Sequence record: SRR31156797_3322
Reading direction: 5' to 3' (one strand)
Length of the DNA stretch: 47,324 bases
The position numbers and the translations under genes are program-made. Of this stretch, positions 9,927-18,985 are shown piece by piece. Position 1 is the stretch's first letter, and each line of letters starts with the position of its first letter. The notes beneath the pieces were generated by a model. It had not been told where the DNA came from. It worked only from the letters and a program-made list of their open reading frames with translations, and did not search any database.

Positions 9927-10571
9927 ATGAATAGAGAACAACTTGCACAACAAATTATCGATACCTGCTTGGAAATGAATGCGCTTGGATTAAATCAGGG
10001 GACATCTGGCAACGTCAGTGCGCGCTATGAAGAAGGGATGCTGATTACTCCAAGTGGTATTCCCTACAGTAAATTAACCCCTGACATGATAGTTTACGTT
10101 GATGAAAACGGAGTCTACGAAGCGGGTAAAGTACCATCGAGTGAATGGCATTTTCACCTCGCTTGCTATTCAGCTAGGCCGGATCTTAATGCTGTGGTTC
10201 ACAATCACGCGGTAAACTCAACCGCGGTTTCTATCCTCAATGTAGCCATTCCTGCTCTGCATTATATGGTGGCGGTGACAGGGACGGATCATGTGCCATG
10301 CATTCCTTATGCGACATTCGGTACTCAAGATCTTGCCGATTATGTCACTGAGGGTATGCGTCAAAGCAAAGCCATTTTGATGCAGCATCACGGCATGATA
10401 GCGATGGAAGTGAACTTGGAAAAAGCGCTGTGGTTAGCGAACGAAGTCGAAGTACTGGCGAGTCTTTATTTGAAAGTTTCGTCAGTGAGTGAAAAGGTGC
10501 CGGTTTTATCTGATCAGGAGATGAGAGCAGTACTGGATAAGTTTAAAACCTATGGTTTAAAGTCAGAGTAA
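9927..10571 (+). CDS. ald2: Class II aldolase, FucA-like; 5-deoxy/5-methylthio-ribulose-1-phosphate aldolase of the DHAP shunt
   Basis: LNQGTSGNVSAR, PSSEWHFH, HNH, QHHG and C-terminal FKTYG. Position directly after mtnK-mtnA. GTG 9924 is an alternative start. Confidence 0.85.
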   Translation: MNREQLAQQIIDTCLEMNALGLNQGTSGNVSARYEEGMLITPSGIPYSKLTPDMIVYVDENGVYEAGKVPSSEWHFHLACYSARPDLNAVVHNHAVNSTAVSILNVAIPALHYMVAVTGTDHVPCIPYATFGTQDLADYVTEGMRQSKAILMQHHGMIAMEVNLEKALWLANEVEVLASLYLKVSSVSEKVPVLSDQEMRAVLDKFKTYGLKSE

Positions 10572-10607
10572 TGGTCAGCTACAGATGTACTATATGAATC
10601 TGGCTTA

Positions 10608-10642
10608 AGGCGTTTTACATCAGCTAGAATAGTAAAACGCCT
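10608..10642. terminator. Hairpin between convergent aldolase and EamA genes
   Basis: AGGCGTTTTAC...GTAAAACGCCT 11-bp inverted repeat. Confidence 0.55.
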
Positions 10643-10674
10643 GCTGTCACTTTGTTCGTATTGAAGTATTTCCC

Positions 10675-11577
10675 TCACGTTTGTTTGCTTATCGACGCCT
10701 TCGCAATCGCTGTAAGCAGAATCGCAGCCCCTGCCCACTGAATCAAAGTGAAGCTTTCGCCGAGCCACAGTATAGAGAAAAGTGCGCCAAACAGTGGTTC
10801 ACTGCCCATAAGTAAAGAAGCTCTTGTTGGCGATATTTTTCTCACCGAATAGTTTTGCGCGTAAAAAGCAAACAGAGTACAGAACAACACTAAAAATGCG
10901 GTCATTAGCCAGAAGTCAGTCTCTGCCGGTAGTGAAATGGAGTATGAACCGGAAAGAGTGACTGTCACAGAATAGGCGCATGCCGAAACCACCAACGCCT
11001 GAACACAAGTCAAGGTAGAGTTGGTTATCTGCTTTTGATGAGTGAGCCTTTTTGTCATTGTGACCATGATAGCTCTAAGAAACGCAGCGATAAGGATACT
11101 AATGTCACCTTGATTAAAGGTGATGTTTAATCCATGGCTATAAGTTAATAGCATTACGCCGATGGTGCTGACTAGCGTGAGGCCGATAAGCTTCTTATCC
11201 GGCTTTCTTTTGTTGATTACCGTATCCACTAATGCAGTGAAGATAACATTTAAGCTGATCAGAAAAGCGGCATTGGACGCCGTAGTCTGACTGACTCCAT
11301 ATACTTCGAAGAAAAATATCAGAGCCAGAACAACGCCCGTGGGAACTGAAACCGCCCAATCTTTGCTGTTGCCTTTTGTTATGTCCTGAATTGCTAACGG
11401 CAGTAGTAACAGAAATGTCAGCCCAAAGCGAATAGTGATAAACACTGCAATACTGGTGTATGCAATGGCACTTTTGGTTAATCCGTAACTCATTCCCCAA
11501 ACAATAGCGACAAGCAGAAGCAGCAGTTCTGGTATGCCTATCGAGTTAAGGTTTCTTCTCATTACTAAACTGGCCAC
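10675..11577 (-). CDS. DMT/EamA family transporter
   Basis: About 10 hydrophobic segments; IVWGMSY, RFGLTF and ASLLMGSEPLFGALF motifs. Confidence 0.92.
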   Translation of the reverse strand: MASLVMRRNLNSIGIPELLLLLVAIVWGMSYGLTKSAIAYTSIAVFITIRFGLTFLLLLPLAIQDITKGNSKDWAVSVPTGVVLALIFFFEVYGVSQTTASNAAFLISLNVIFTALVDTVINKRKPDKKLIGLTLVSTIGVMLLTYSHGLNITFNQGDISILIAAFLRAIMVTMTKRLTHQKQITNSTLTCVQALVVSACAYSVTVTLSGSYSISLPAETDFWLMTAFLVLFCTLFAFYAQNYSVRKISPTRASLLMGSEPLFGALFSILWLGESFTLIQWAGAAILLTAIAKASISKQT

Positions 11578-11676
11578 AAACGTATTCCTAATTCCTGATG
11601 TTCGAAATTGACGAAATTACTATCCACTAGTACGTTAGATGGAACAATGGGTGAATATGCAAAGGACTTTTGCGTT

Positions 11677-12588
11677 TTGGATACAAATAAACTGATTGCT
11701 CTGTTACCTGAAATGGCGGTTTACGTTGTCGTGGTTGAGCAAGGAAGCTTTTCAAAAGCCGCCGAGAAGTTGGGCGTGGCACCTTCTTCAATTAGTCGTT
11801 CAATGGCCAAGTTGGAAATGGCTTTGAACCAAAAGTTGCTGGAGAGAACAACCAGAAACATGCGTCTGACCAGTGTTGGTGAACAAGTCTATAGCTTATG
11901 TGGTGATATGTTGAAAACCGCAAAGTTAGCGACCGACGCAGCGTTCTCAACCCAACAAGAGGTGGCAGGAGAAATTCGAGTGGCAGCGCCAAGAGCCTTA
12001 GCCAATCAGGTGTTAGCTCCAATGGTTCTAGATTTTCTTCAAGAGTATCCGAAGACTTCCGTTCATTTCGTGGTCGAAGACCATTATATCGATCCAATCG
12101 GGCACGAAGTCGATCTAACAATACACATTACAGAAAACCCTATTGAAGGATTGGTGGGGAGAGTACTGGGTGAAAGCCGTCTGGTTCTTTGTGCGAGCGA
12201 AGAATACCTTAGCCAATTTGGGTATCCATTGGAGCCTCAAGCCCTTTCCCAGCATCAATGTATTCGACTAGGAGAGTCGACCAGCGATAGAAAGTGGACC
12301 TTTCGCCAAGGTGAAACTATACACAATATTCAGGTTGATGGACGCTTGGCGGTGAATCACACCGAAATTCGTAAGCAAGCGGTGATACGTGGAATGGGAA
12401 TATCAATTTTCCCCGAGTTTGTCATATCTCAATGGCTTAAAGATGGCCGGGTTGTTGAACTTTTTCCTGATTGGCAATTAGTAAGCCGATATCAGGGGCA
12501 GATCGTCGCTCAATATCCACAATCGCGTTTTATACCTAATCAGCTAAAAGCGCTGGTGGACTACTTACAGAAAGGACTTGCGCTATAA
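11677..12588 (+). CDS. LysR-family transcriptional regulator
   Basis: GSFSKAAEKLGVAPSSISRSMAKLE...LLERTTR HTH; GEIRVAAP; divergent from EamA. Start uncertain (TTG 11677 preferred; the ORF opens at 11608). Confidence 0.93.
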   Translation: MDTNKLIALLPEMAVYVVVVEQGSFSKAAEKLGVAPSSISRSMAKLEMALNQKLLERTTRNMRLTSVGEQVYSLCGDMLKTAKLATDAAFSTQQEVAGEIRVAAPRALANQVLAPMVLDFLQEYPKTSVHFVVEDHYIDPIGHEVDLTIHITENPIEGLVGRVLGESRLVLCASEEYLSQFGYPLEPQALSQHQCIRLGESTSDRKWTFRQGETIHNIQVDGRLAVNHTEIRKQAVIRGMGISIFPEFVISQWLKDGRVVELFPDWQLVSRYQGQIVAQYPQSRFIPNQLKALVDYLQKGLAL

Positions 12589-12592
12589 AAAC

Positions 12593-12621
12593 AACAAAGC
12601 CTCGATTATCGAGGCTTTGTT
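12593..12621. terminator. Bidirectional intrinsic terminator
   Basis: AACAAAGCCTCGA-TTA-TCGAGGCTTTGTT perfect inverted repeat between convergent genes. Confidence 0.85.
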
Positions 12622-12644
12622 TGAGGAGAGTACGATGAGACAGA

Positions 12645-13031
12645 TTAAGCGTGGATTAGGTTGCCAGTACTCTTGGTGTTACGTAGCCAGACTTTTTCAT
12701 GGAAGAAGTAAGCAATAGAGTTAATCGTTGGTTCAACGGTTGCCATTAAGCCACCAATGAATGCATCACCTGTTAGCATGTAAGTCACAGTAAACGCTAC
12801 GCTGAAGTGGATAACTGCGAAGCTCGCTGTTTTCACTTGGGTCATTGCTTCGTGACGTTTCAGAAATGGCACTTTTTGCCAAGCTTTCTCGTGGAAATAA
12901 AAGGCACCTGTATTGATTGAAGGTTCAATCATGGCAATTAAGCTACCTAGTAAAAAATCACCAGTTAATGTGAATGCAACCAAAGTTGCGATAGTGAAAT
13001 GGATTGCTGCAAAAGTTAATGTCTTAATCAT
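12645..13031 (-). CDS. Tandem DUF2061-domain membrane protein
   Basis: Two internal repeats KTxxFAxIHF...LTGD...EPxIN...FHEKxW. Start at ATG 13031 after GAGGA. Confidence 0.85.
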   Translation of the reverse strand: MIKTLTFAAIHFTIATLVAFTLTGDFLLGSLIAMIEPSINTGAFYFHEKAWQKVPFLKRHEAMTQVKTASFAVIHFSVAFTVTYMLTGDAFIGGLMATVEPTINSIAYFFHEKVWLRNTKSTGNLIHA

Positions 13032-13076
13032 CGTTCTTTCCTCATAAACCTGTTTTGTCTCTATGGGAATATTATT

Positions 13077-13095
13077 GATAATTATTATCATTTCG
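13077..13095 (-). promoter_or_regulatory. Fur-like box upstream of the DUF2061 gene
   Basis: Minus strand CGAAATGATAATAATTATC matches GATAATGATAATCATTATC at 15/19. Confidence 0.6.
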
Positions 13096-13159
13096 TAAAG
13101 GGGAAGATCACCAATAAGTGTGATAGGTGGTAACTATTGTCATATTGTTATTCTAAGAA

Positions 13160-13453
13160 TTAATCATTACGCCAGATTTTGTAGCCGACTTGTCTCATCG
13201 CTTTCCCAAGCAAGTGTGAAGCGACAGGTGCTGTAAGCAGAATAAATACCATGGTGCCGACAACTCTGGAAACAACGCTGATTTCAGGAATTGAAATCGC
13301 CACAGCCAGCAGTAAGCCGCTAAGGCCAACGGTTCCTGCCTTGGTTGCGGCATGCATTCGGGTATATAAATCTGGCATCCGAAGTACGCCCAGACTTGCG
13401 CTTAAGATCAGTAAAGTTCCTAAACATAAAAATAATCCAATCAATATATCCAT
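13160..13453 (-). CDS. mrpG: Mrp Na+/H+ antiporter subunit G
   Basis: RMPDLYTRMHAATKAGT and LTAPVASH; operon order. Confidence 0.93.
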   Translation of the reverse strand: MDILIGLFLCLGTLLILSASLGVLRMPDLYTRMHAATKAGTVGLSGLLLAVAISIPEISVVSRVVGTMVFILLTAPVASHLLGKAMRQVGYKIWRND

Positions 13454-13731
13454 TATGGCTTCTCCTTCCTTTTAACAATTAAGCGCGCAAACGCAATTGT
13501 GCCCAGGAATGCGACCAAGCCTAAAGTTATCGCAATATCTAACAGTGCTTCCTCACCGCTGTCTAAGGTATATACGGTGATAAAGCCAATGGTAATAAAT
13601 GAAATAAGGTCGAGGGCTACTACACGATCAGCCAAAGTCGGACCTAAAATCAGACGCAAAAATGCCATAACAAAACTGAGCAACAGTCCGGCATAGGCAA
13701 AGGTAATACTTATTGAAAGCCAACTACTCAC
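13453..13731 (-). CDS. mrpF: Mrp antiporter subunit F
   Basis: GPTLADRVVALD and AFLGTIAFAR. Confidence 0.93.
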   Translation of the reverse strand: MSSWLSISITFAYAGLLLSFVMAFLRLILGPTLADRVVALDLISFITIGFITVYTLDSGEEALLDIAITLGLVAFLGTIAFARLIVKRKEKP

Positions 13732-14200
13732 GCGTCACCTCCAAGATTCTATGCTCTAATCCATTTTTAATGGCGCGGATAACTTCTTCATGCTCCGGAG
13801 CGAACATCGCATGAACAATAAGGTGTTTTTTATCTGGCGTCACGTCTAGGCTTAGTGTACCCGGGGTTAACGATACCATATTGGCCAGCAGGGTGATTTC
13901 AAGGTCTGAATCAACATCTAAAGGGACATACACAATATCCGGCTGGCTCAAATGGGTTGGGGTCACAACATCCCATATCACACGTACTGCTGAAATGAGC
14001 ATTTCATACGCGAAGTAGATAAGTAACTTCAATGCTGATGCGCATCGTCGGAAATAACCGGTTTTTAGTCCGAATGGTTGGCTCAATCGTAGAGCGAAAA
14101 ATCCAACCATAAAACCGACGATAAAGTGAAAGCTAGAATAGCTGCCATTCAGCATCATCCATGCTAAAGCGAGGAAAAAATTGAGGAACAGATAGATCAT
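13724..14200 (-). CDS. mrpE: Mrp antiporter subunit E
   Basis: LLANMVSLTPGTLS and LIVHAM. Confidence 0.93.
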   Translation of the reverse strand: MIYLFLNFFLALAWMMLNGSYSSFHFIVGFMVGFFALRLSQPFGLKTGYFRRCASALKLLIYFAYEMLISAVRVIWDVVTPTHLSQPDIVYVPLDVDSDLEITLLANMVSLTPGTLSLDVTPDKKHLIVHAMFAPEHEEVIRAIKNGLEHRILEVTRE

Positions 14201-15693
14201 GCCTTTCCTCCTAATACCGCTTGAATATAACCATCCGGGTTTAACAGTTGCTCAGCGGCCTGAACAGAGAACTGATAAAAAGGCTCAGCCACTAAGCCAA
14301 TGATCAGGGTCAAGGTTGTTAATACAACAATGGGAATGCAATATAGCCATTGTACATTTGCTGGTAATGTTCGCGCTGTATTGTCTACCTCTGGCTTTTT
14401 CCAGAATGTTTCGCTCCATATTTTTGTCATCGAGAATGTGGTCAGTAATCCCACCAGAAGGGCCGTCGCTGCTAACCAGTAATACTCCGTCTGTAAGCTT
14501 GATTTGATGACCAGAAACTTTCCCCAGAAACCGGACAATGGTGGGAACCCTGCCAGAGAAAACGCAGGTACGAGAAAGAGGAAAGCAAGCCATGGCATCG
14601 TTTTGTAAACGCCACCCAATTGAGCAAGCTGGCTCGAACCATATTTTCGCTCGATGAAGCCTCCGATTAAAAATAAGTTAGCTTTGACGATGATGTGGTG
14701 AACGATATAGAAAATCGCCCCAGCCAAAGCGAGAGGGGTGTAAATTGCCAGCCCCATAATCATGTAACCTATCTGACTGATGATATGAAAAGAGAGAATT
14801 TTCTTAATATCGAATTGGCTCGCCGCTCCCAAAACTCCGGTTAGCATTGTTAAGGCAGCGACCCAGATTAGCGTCGGTTGCCAGCCACTTTCAACTAGAG
14901 GAAATACTAACGTGAAAATCCGAACTATCGCGTAGACCCCAACTTTGGTCAGCAATGCCGCAAACAGGGCTACCACACCACTGGGTAAATTATGATAAGA
15001 CGCTGGCAACCAGGTGAATAACGGAAACAATGCAGCCTTAATGGAAAAAGCAAACAAAAATAACGCAGATAGCATCATGTTGATACCAGGATCGTTTGAG
15101 CTCGCTTTACTGTTGAGATCCGCAAGATTCAATGTGCCTGTTGCGCCATAAAGTAAGCCAATAGCGAGCAAAAACACCAGCGTCGAAATGAGATTCAGCA
15201 TGACGTATTTGACTGCACCGTCGATCTGGGCTCTCGTTGCATCCAGTACCATTAAGCCAAATGATGCAATGAGCATAACCTCAAACCAAACGTAAAGATT
15301 AAATATGTCGCCGGTGAGGAATGCGCCGTAAACACCTGCAAGCAACACGTGCATTAAAGCATGATAACTGCCGTAAGCAGGTTTGAGACGAAGATCGACC
15401 ATGGCATAGAAAACGCTAATGGCGCCGATGATCGCTGTTATCATTACCATAGCCGCACTAAAGTGGTCGGCGACAAAAACAATGCCGAACGGAGCCTGCC
15501 ACTGGCCAAAAGCAACCACCTGAATACCATGGTTGATTGTGTTTTGGGTCAGAAAAACGGCAACAATAAGGTTGAGCACCGCACTTGTGCCGCTTAACCA
15601 CTCAACGTGTAGAGCCTTGCGACGCACAAAAAAGATAGTGAGCGCGGTGCTTAATGAGAGAACAACTGGTAACGTTAACCAAATTGAGCTCAT
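14197..15693 (-). CDS. mrpD: Mrp antiporter subunit D
   Basis: TGDIFNLYVWFEVML, KAALFPLFTWLP, LLTKVGVY, GFPPLSGFWGK. Confidence 0.95.
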   Translation of the reverse strand: MSSIWLTLPVVLSLSTALTIFFVRRKALHVEWLSGTSAVLNLIVAVFLTQNTINHGIQVVAFGQWQAPFGIVFVADHFSAAMVMITAIIGAISVFYAMVDLRLKPAYGSYHALMHVLLAGVYGAFLTGDIFNLYVWFEVMLIASFGLMVLDATRAQIDGAVKYVMLNLISTLVFLLAIGLLYGATGTLNLADLNSKASSNDPGINMMLSALFLFAFSIKAALFPLFTWLPASYHNLPSGVVALFAALLTKVGVYAIVRIFTLVFPLVESGWQPTLIWVAALTMLTGVLGAASQFDIKKILSFHIISQIGYMIMGLAIYTPLALAGAIFYIVHHIIVKANLFLIGGFIERKYGSSQLAQLGGVYKTMPWLAFLFLVPAFSLAGFPPLSGFWGKFLVIKSSLQTEYYWLAATALLVGLLTTFSMTKIWSETFWKKPEVDNTARTLPANVQWLYCIPIVVLTTLTLIIGLVAEPFYQFSVQAAEQLLNPDGYIQAVLGGKA

Positions 15694-16043
15694 TGCTCCT
15701 CCTTTGATCCTTGCATATCATCGACGTCTGCGCTGTCTGTCTCTTTGTAAGTACGATAAAACAGCATCAACGCAAAAATCAGTAATCCAAATCCAATAAC
15801 GATCGCGGTTAATATCAGTGCTTGAGGTAATGGGTTTGCAGCGTTTTCTGGCGGCAAAAGAGCCTGACTATCAATCAGTGGGAGTTCACCGGGGGTCAAC
15901 CTTCCTGCGGTGAAAATAGCAAGGTTGACCGCACTGCTGAGCAACATGATGCCAAATAGAAGCCGCAAAACATGTTTTTCTAGCATTAAGTAAATGCCAG
16001 CGGCGACAAATACACCTACCACGACACTCCATACGATTTCCAT
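15690..16043 (-). CDS. mrpC: Mrp antiporter subunit C
   Basis: NPLPQALILTAIVIGFG. Confidence 0.95.
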   Translation of the reverse strand: MEIVWSVVVGVFVAAGIYLMLEKHVLRLLFGIMLLSSAVNLAIFTAGRLTPGELPLIDSQALLPPENAANPLPQALILTAIVIGFGLLIFALMLFYRTYKETDSADVDDMQGSKEEQ

Positions 16044-18712
16044 CAGTCCAGCTCCTCGTTAATTCGCAGCAGCATACCCATCACACCTCCGATAACGGCA
16101 AGGTAAACACCAACATCAAATAGCAATGGCGTGCCAAGCGGAATGACATCCTTCCACCATAATCCGGTTAAAAATGGCTTATCAAAAAACAAGCTAACAA
16201 CACCGGACATCAAGCTTATTGCGACTCCGGCTAAGGCAATAAAAATTGGTTTGACATGTAACCGAGAGCGGACATATCTGGGCGATTCGGCAAACATGAG
16301 CAGTGATAAACCGATAACGGCAATCAAAGCACCAATAAAGCCACCTCCTGGTTCATTGTGACCGCGCAGTAACAAATAGAATGAGAACACCAACATAAGA
16401 GCCGCAACAATATGGGCTGTAGTGGCAAAGATTAATGATTGGATTCGGTTTTGCTTTTTGGCTTTTGTTTTTAGCAAACTGACCGCCGCGATTCCCGCAA
16501 TCACGACCACGACAATCTCGCCCAGAGTATCGAATGCGCGAAAGTCGACTAAGATGACATTGACAATATTTCGCCCATGACCGCCGGGAACGCTGTTTTC
16601 AGCAAAGAAATCAGATACCGACGAATCCATCGGTTGTGAAGTGATTGCCATCAAAAGCATAGTGACAGAAATACCAATGAAACCGGCAATAACCGCATTG
16701 ACCATTTTGCGTTTTACTGAGTGTTTCGACACTGTGGTTAAATGTGGCAGATGGCGCATCAACAACGCTAAAAAGACCACCATCAATGTCTCAACTAGCA
16801 GTAAGGTTTTCGCTACATCCGGAGCGCTGTAAATCATGAAAACCAGCGTGGTCATAAAACCAATCATGCCAAGCGCTGCGATTGATAAAAGCCTCGACTG
16901 GGACAACGTACATACCAGTGCTGCTCCAATCAGCAACAGGGCAATACCAAATTCATAGAAAGCCACATCGGAGAGTGGTTCAAACATCGCTAGTGGAATG
17001 GAGAGCAGCTGCCCAAACAGAACTGTGGCCAGTACAGCAAAGAACAGCAGGGTATGCCGGCTAAGTTTCTGTTGCTGAAAGAGTGCGGTTTGCCACTTTG
17101 CCAGCGCCATCATCGCGTCCATTATCCGGTCAAAAATATCCTCTGCTCTTGGCACTAAGCTATTTAATTGCTGGAAGAACGCTGACACAGTTGGATAGAT
17201 GTAATAGACCACGATCCCAAGTCCTAACGTGATCACACTGAGCACCAGAGGCAGATTGACGCCATGCCATAAAGCGCTCGCTTTTGGGGCGGCTGAACGC
17301 AGAATATCGGACGACCCCGGAAAAATGATGTTGTGATCCAGCCAGGACAAGCCGATTAATGGAACAATGAAACTGCCTAATGCGAGGAGCAACGGCGAAA
17401 TCCACATTGCTGCTTTGGTTTCGACTTGTTTTGCTTCTGGCTCAGCATCACCATGGCGAGCAAAGAATGGTCGCGCGATTAGCATTATGGTTAGAGCGAC
17501 CATTAATACGTTGACCAAGACGAGTATGAAGGCTATCCAGCCATTAATTTCAGTGGCAGCTTTGTACATATACTCTTTGCTTAAAAAACCCAGTAAGGGT
17601 GGGAAGCCTGATTTGGATAAGGCGGCAAAGACCCCGGCAACCATGCTAATCACTAACACGGATTTCAGGCCGTAAAGTTGGCCAATATCCCGAGTTCCTG
17701 TTGCTTTATCGATATTACCCACCACCATAAAAAGCGCAGCTTTGTAGAAAGAGTGGGCGAGAATAAACATTAATGCTGCACTGATGGCCAATTCTGTTCC
17801 TATGCCCAGCAACAGAGTTAACTTACCCAATGCAACATTGGTACTGTAGGCCAGCATCAGTTTTAAATCGGTTTGTTTTAGGGCAACAAATGTGCACCAA
17901 ACAGCGGTAACACCGCCTGCTATCACAAGGGTATAAAACCAGGTATCACTGTGTGCATAAATCGGTGATAAGCGTGCTAACAGGTAAATGCCAGCTTTTA
18001 CCATCGTTGCGGAGTGTAAATAGGCACTGACCGGCGTCGGTGCCGCCATTGCGTTGGGTAACCAAAAATGAAATGGAAACTGTGCTGACTTGGTAAAGGC
18101 TCCAAGGAGAATCAGCACTAGCGAGGGAATAAACCAGTCGTGCTGAGCAATACCATCAGCCTGAGTCATGATGGTATTGAATTCATAGCTTCCTGCCATC
18201 GCGCCAAGTAGGATAAGCCCCGCCAACATGGCCAGTCCACCCGAGCCGTTGACGATCAGTGATTGCAGCGCATTTTTACGTGAAGTTTTATTCTCGTGAT
18301 TAAAGCCAATCAGCAGGTAGGAGATAACAGAAGTGAGTTCCCAGAAAATAAACAACAGCAGAATGTTGTCGCTCATGACAACCCCTAACATGGCAAGCAT
18401 GAACAGGGTCAGATACAAATGAAATGAAAATCGACTCTCACTGTTACGCATGTAACCCAGAGCATAAAGCTGGATCAGTGCACCGATCCCACTGATTAGC
18501 CCGGCAAAGAGGAATGACAATCCATCCAGTTTAAAGCTGAGGTTTATATCAAGTCCGGATATCCATTGTGTATTCCAGCTCACCCCTGCTGGAGTATATA
18601 TTGAGACAAGAGCAACGAAGATTAAAGCGGGCAGCACAGGGAAGAACAGTAACAGCCACTGACTATCAGGATTTTTCGGCAGGTTTACTTTATCCGTTAT
18701 GCTATTCAACAT
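16043..18712 (-). CDS. mrpA: Mrp antiporter subunit A with fused B domain (group 2 Mrp)
   Basis: FTKSAQFPFHFWLPNAMAAPTPVSAYLHSATMVKAG and NVILVDFRAFDTLGE, plus a C-terminal MrpB motif RGHNEPGGGFIG; 889 aa. Confidence 0.95.
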   Translation of the reverse strand: MLNSITDKVNLPKNPDSQWLLLFFPVLPALIFVALVSIYTPAGVSWNTQWISGLDINLSFKLDGLSFLFAGLISGIGALIQLYALGYMRNSESRFSFHLYLTLFMLAMLGVVMSDNILLLFIFWELTSVISYLLIGFNHENKTSRKNALQSLIVNGSGGLAMLAGLILLGAMAGSYEFNTIMTQADGIAQHDWFIPSLVLILLGAFTKSAQFPFHFWLPNAMAAPTPVSAYLHSATMVKAGIYLLARLSPIYAHSDTWFYTLVIAGGVTAVWCTFVALKQTDLKLMLAYSTNVALGKLTLLLGIGTELAISAALMFILAHSFYKAALFMVVGNIDKATGTRDIGQLYGLKSVLVISMVAGVFAALSKSGFPPLLGFLSKEYMYKAATEINGWIAFILVLVNVLMVALTIMLIARPFFARHGDAEPEAKQVETKAAMWISPLLLALGSFIVPLIGLSWLDHNIIFPGSSDILRSAAPKASALWHGVNLPLVLSVITLGLGIVVYYIYPTVSAFFQQLNSLVPRAEDIFDRIMDAMMALAKWQTALFQQQKLSRHTLLFFAVLATVLFGQLLSIPLAMFEPLSDVAFYEFGIALLLIGAALVCTLSQSRLLSIAALGMIGFMTTLVFMIYSAPDVAKTLLLVETLMVVFLALLMRHLPHLTTVSKHSVKRKMVNAVIAGFIGISVTMLLMAITSQPMDSSVSDFFAENSVPGGHGRNIVNVILVDFRAFDTLGEIVVVVIAGIAAVSLLKTKAKKQNRIQSLIFATTAHIVAALMLVFSFYLLLRGHNEPGGGFIGALIAVIGLSLLMFAESPRYVRSRLHVKPIFIALAGVAISLMSGVVSLFFDKPFLTGLWWKDVIPLGTPLLFDVGVYLAVIGGVMGMLLRINEELD

Positions 18713-18985
18713 CGCAATCCTTCATTGTTATAAGAAGTTCGCCGTATATGGCGCAACGATAAAAATGCTAATTGATTGATCTAGCTTAGATGTTATAAAG
18801 GCCACCATCAAACACTGACTTAAGTAGCAAACTGTATTGACTGAATGCTACTTAAGTGGATGCCAGTACAAACCGCTATTTATTGTCGCTAACGGTGTAA
18901 CAACGTAGGTCACTGTTTTCTTGTGTTTGTTTGAGAACGGTTCTTTCCCTCCTTAAGTCCCAATGAATAAGCTGTTAAGTGGCAA

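Noticed and set aside
9927-10571. Calling the class II aldolase-fold gene mtnB (dehydratase) or a fucose-pathway fucA
   Set aside because: The sequence is FucA-like (PSSEWxFH, FKTYG tail) rather than MtnB-like, and no fucI/fucK or mtnC/D is nearby. Context fits Ald2.
18713-18985. Na+/Li+ riboswitch ahead of mrp
   Set aside because: No recognisable consensus by eye; an Rfam scan would be needed.
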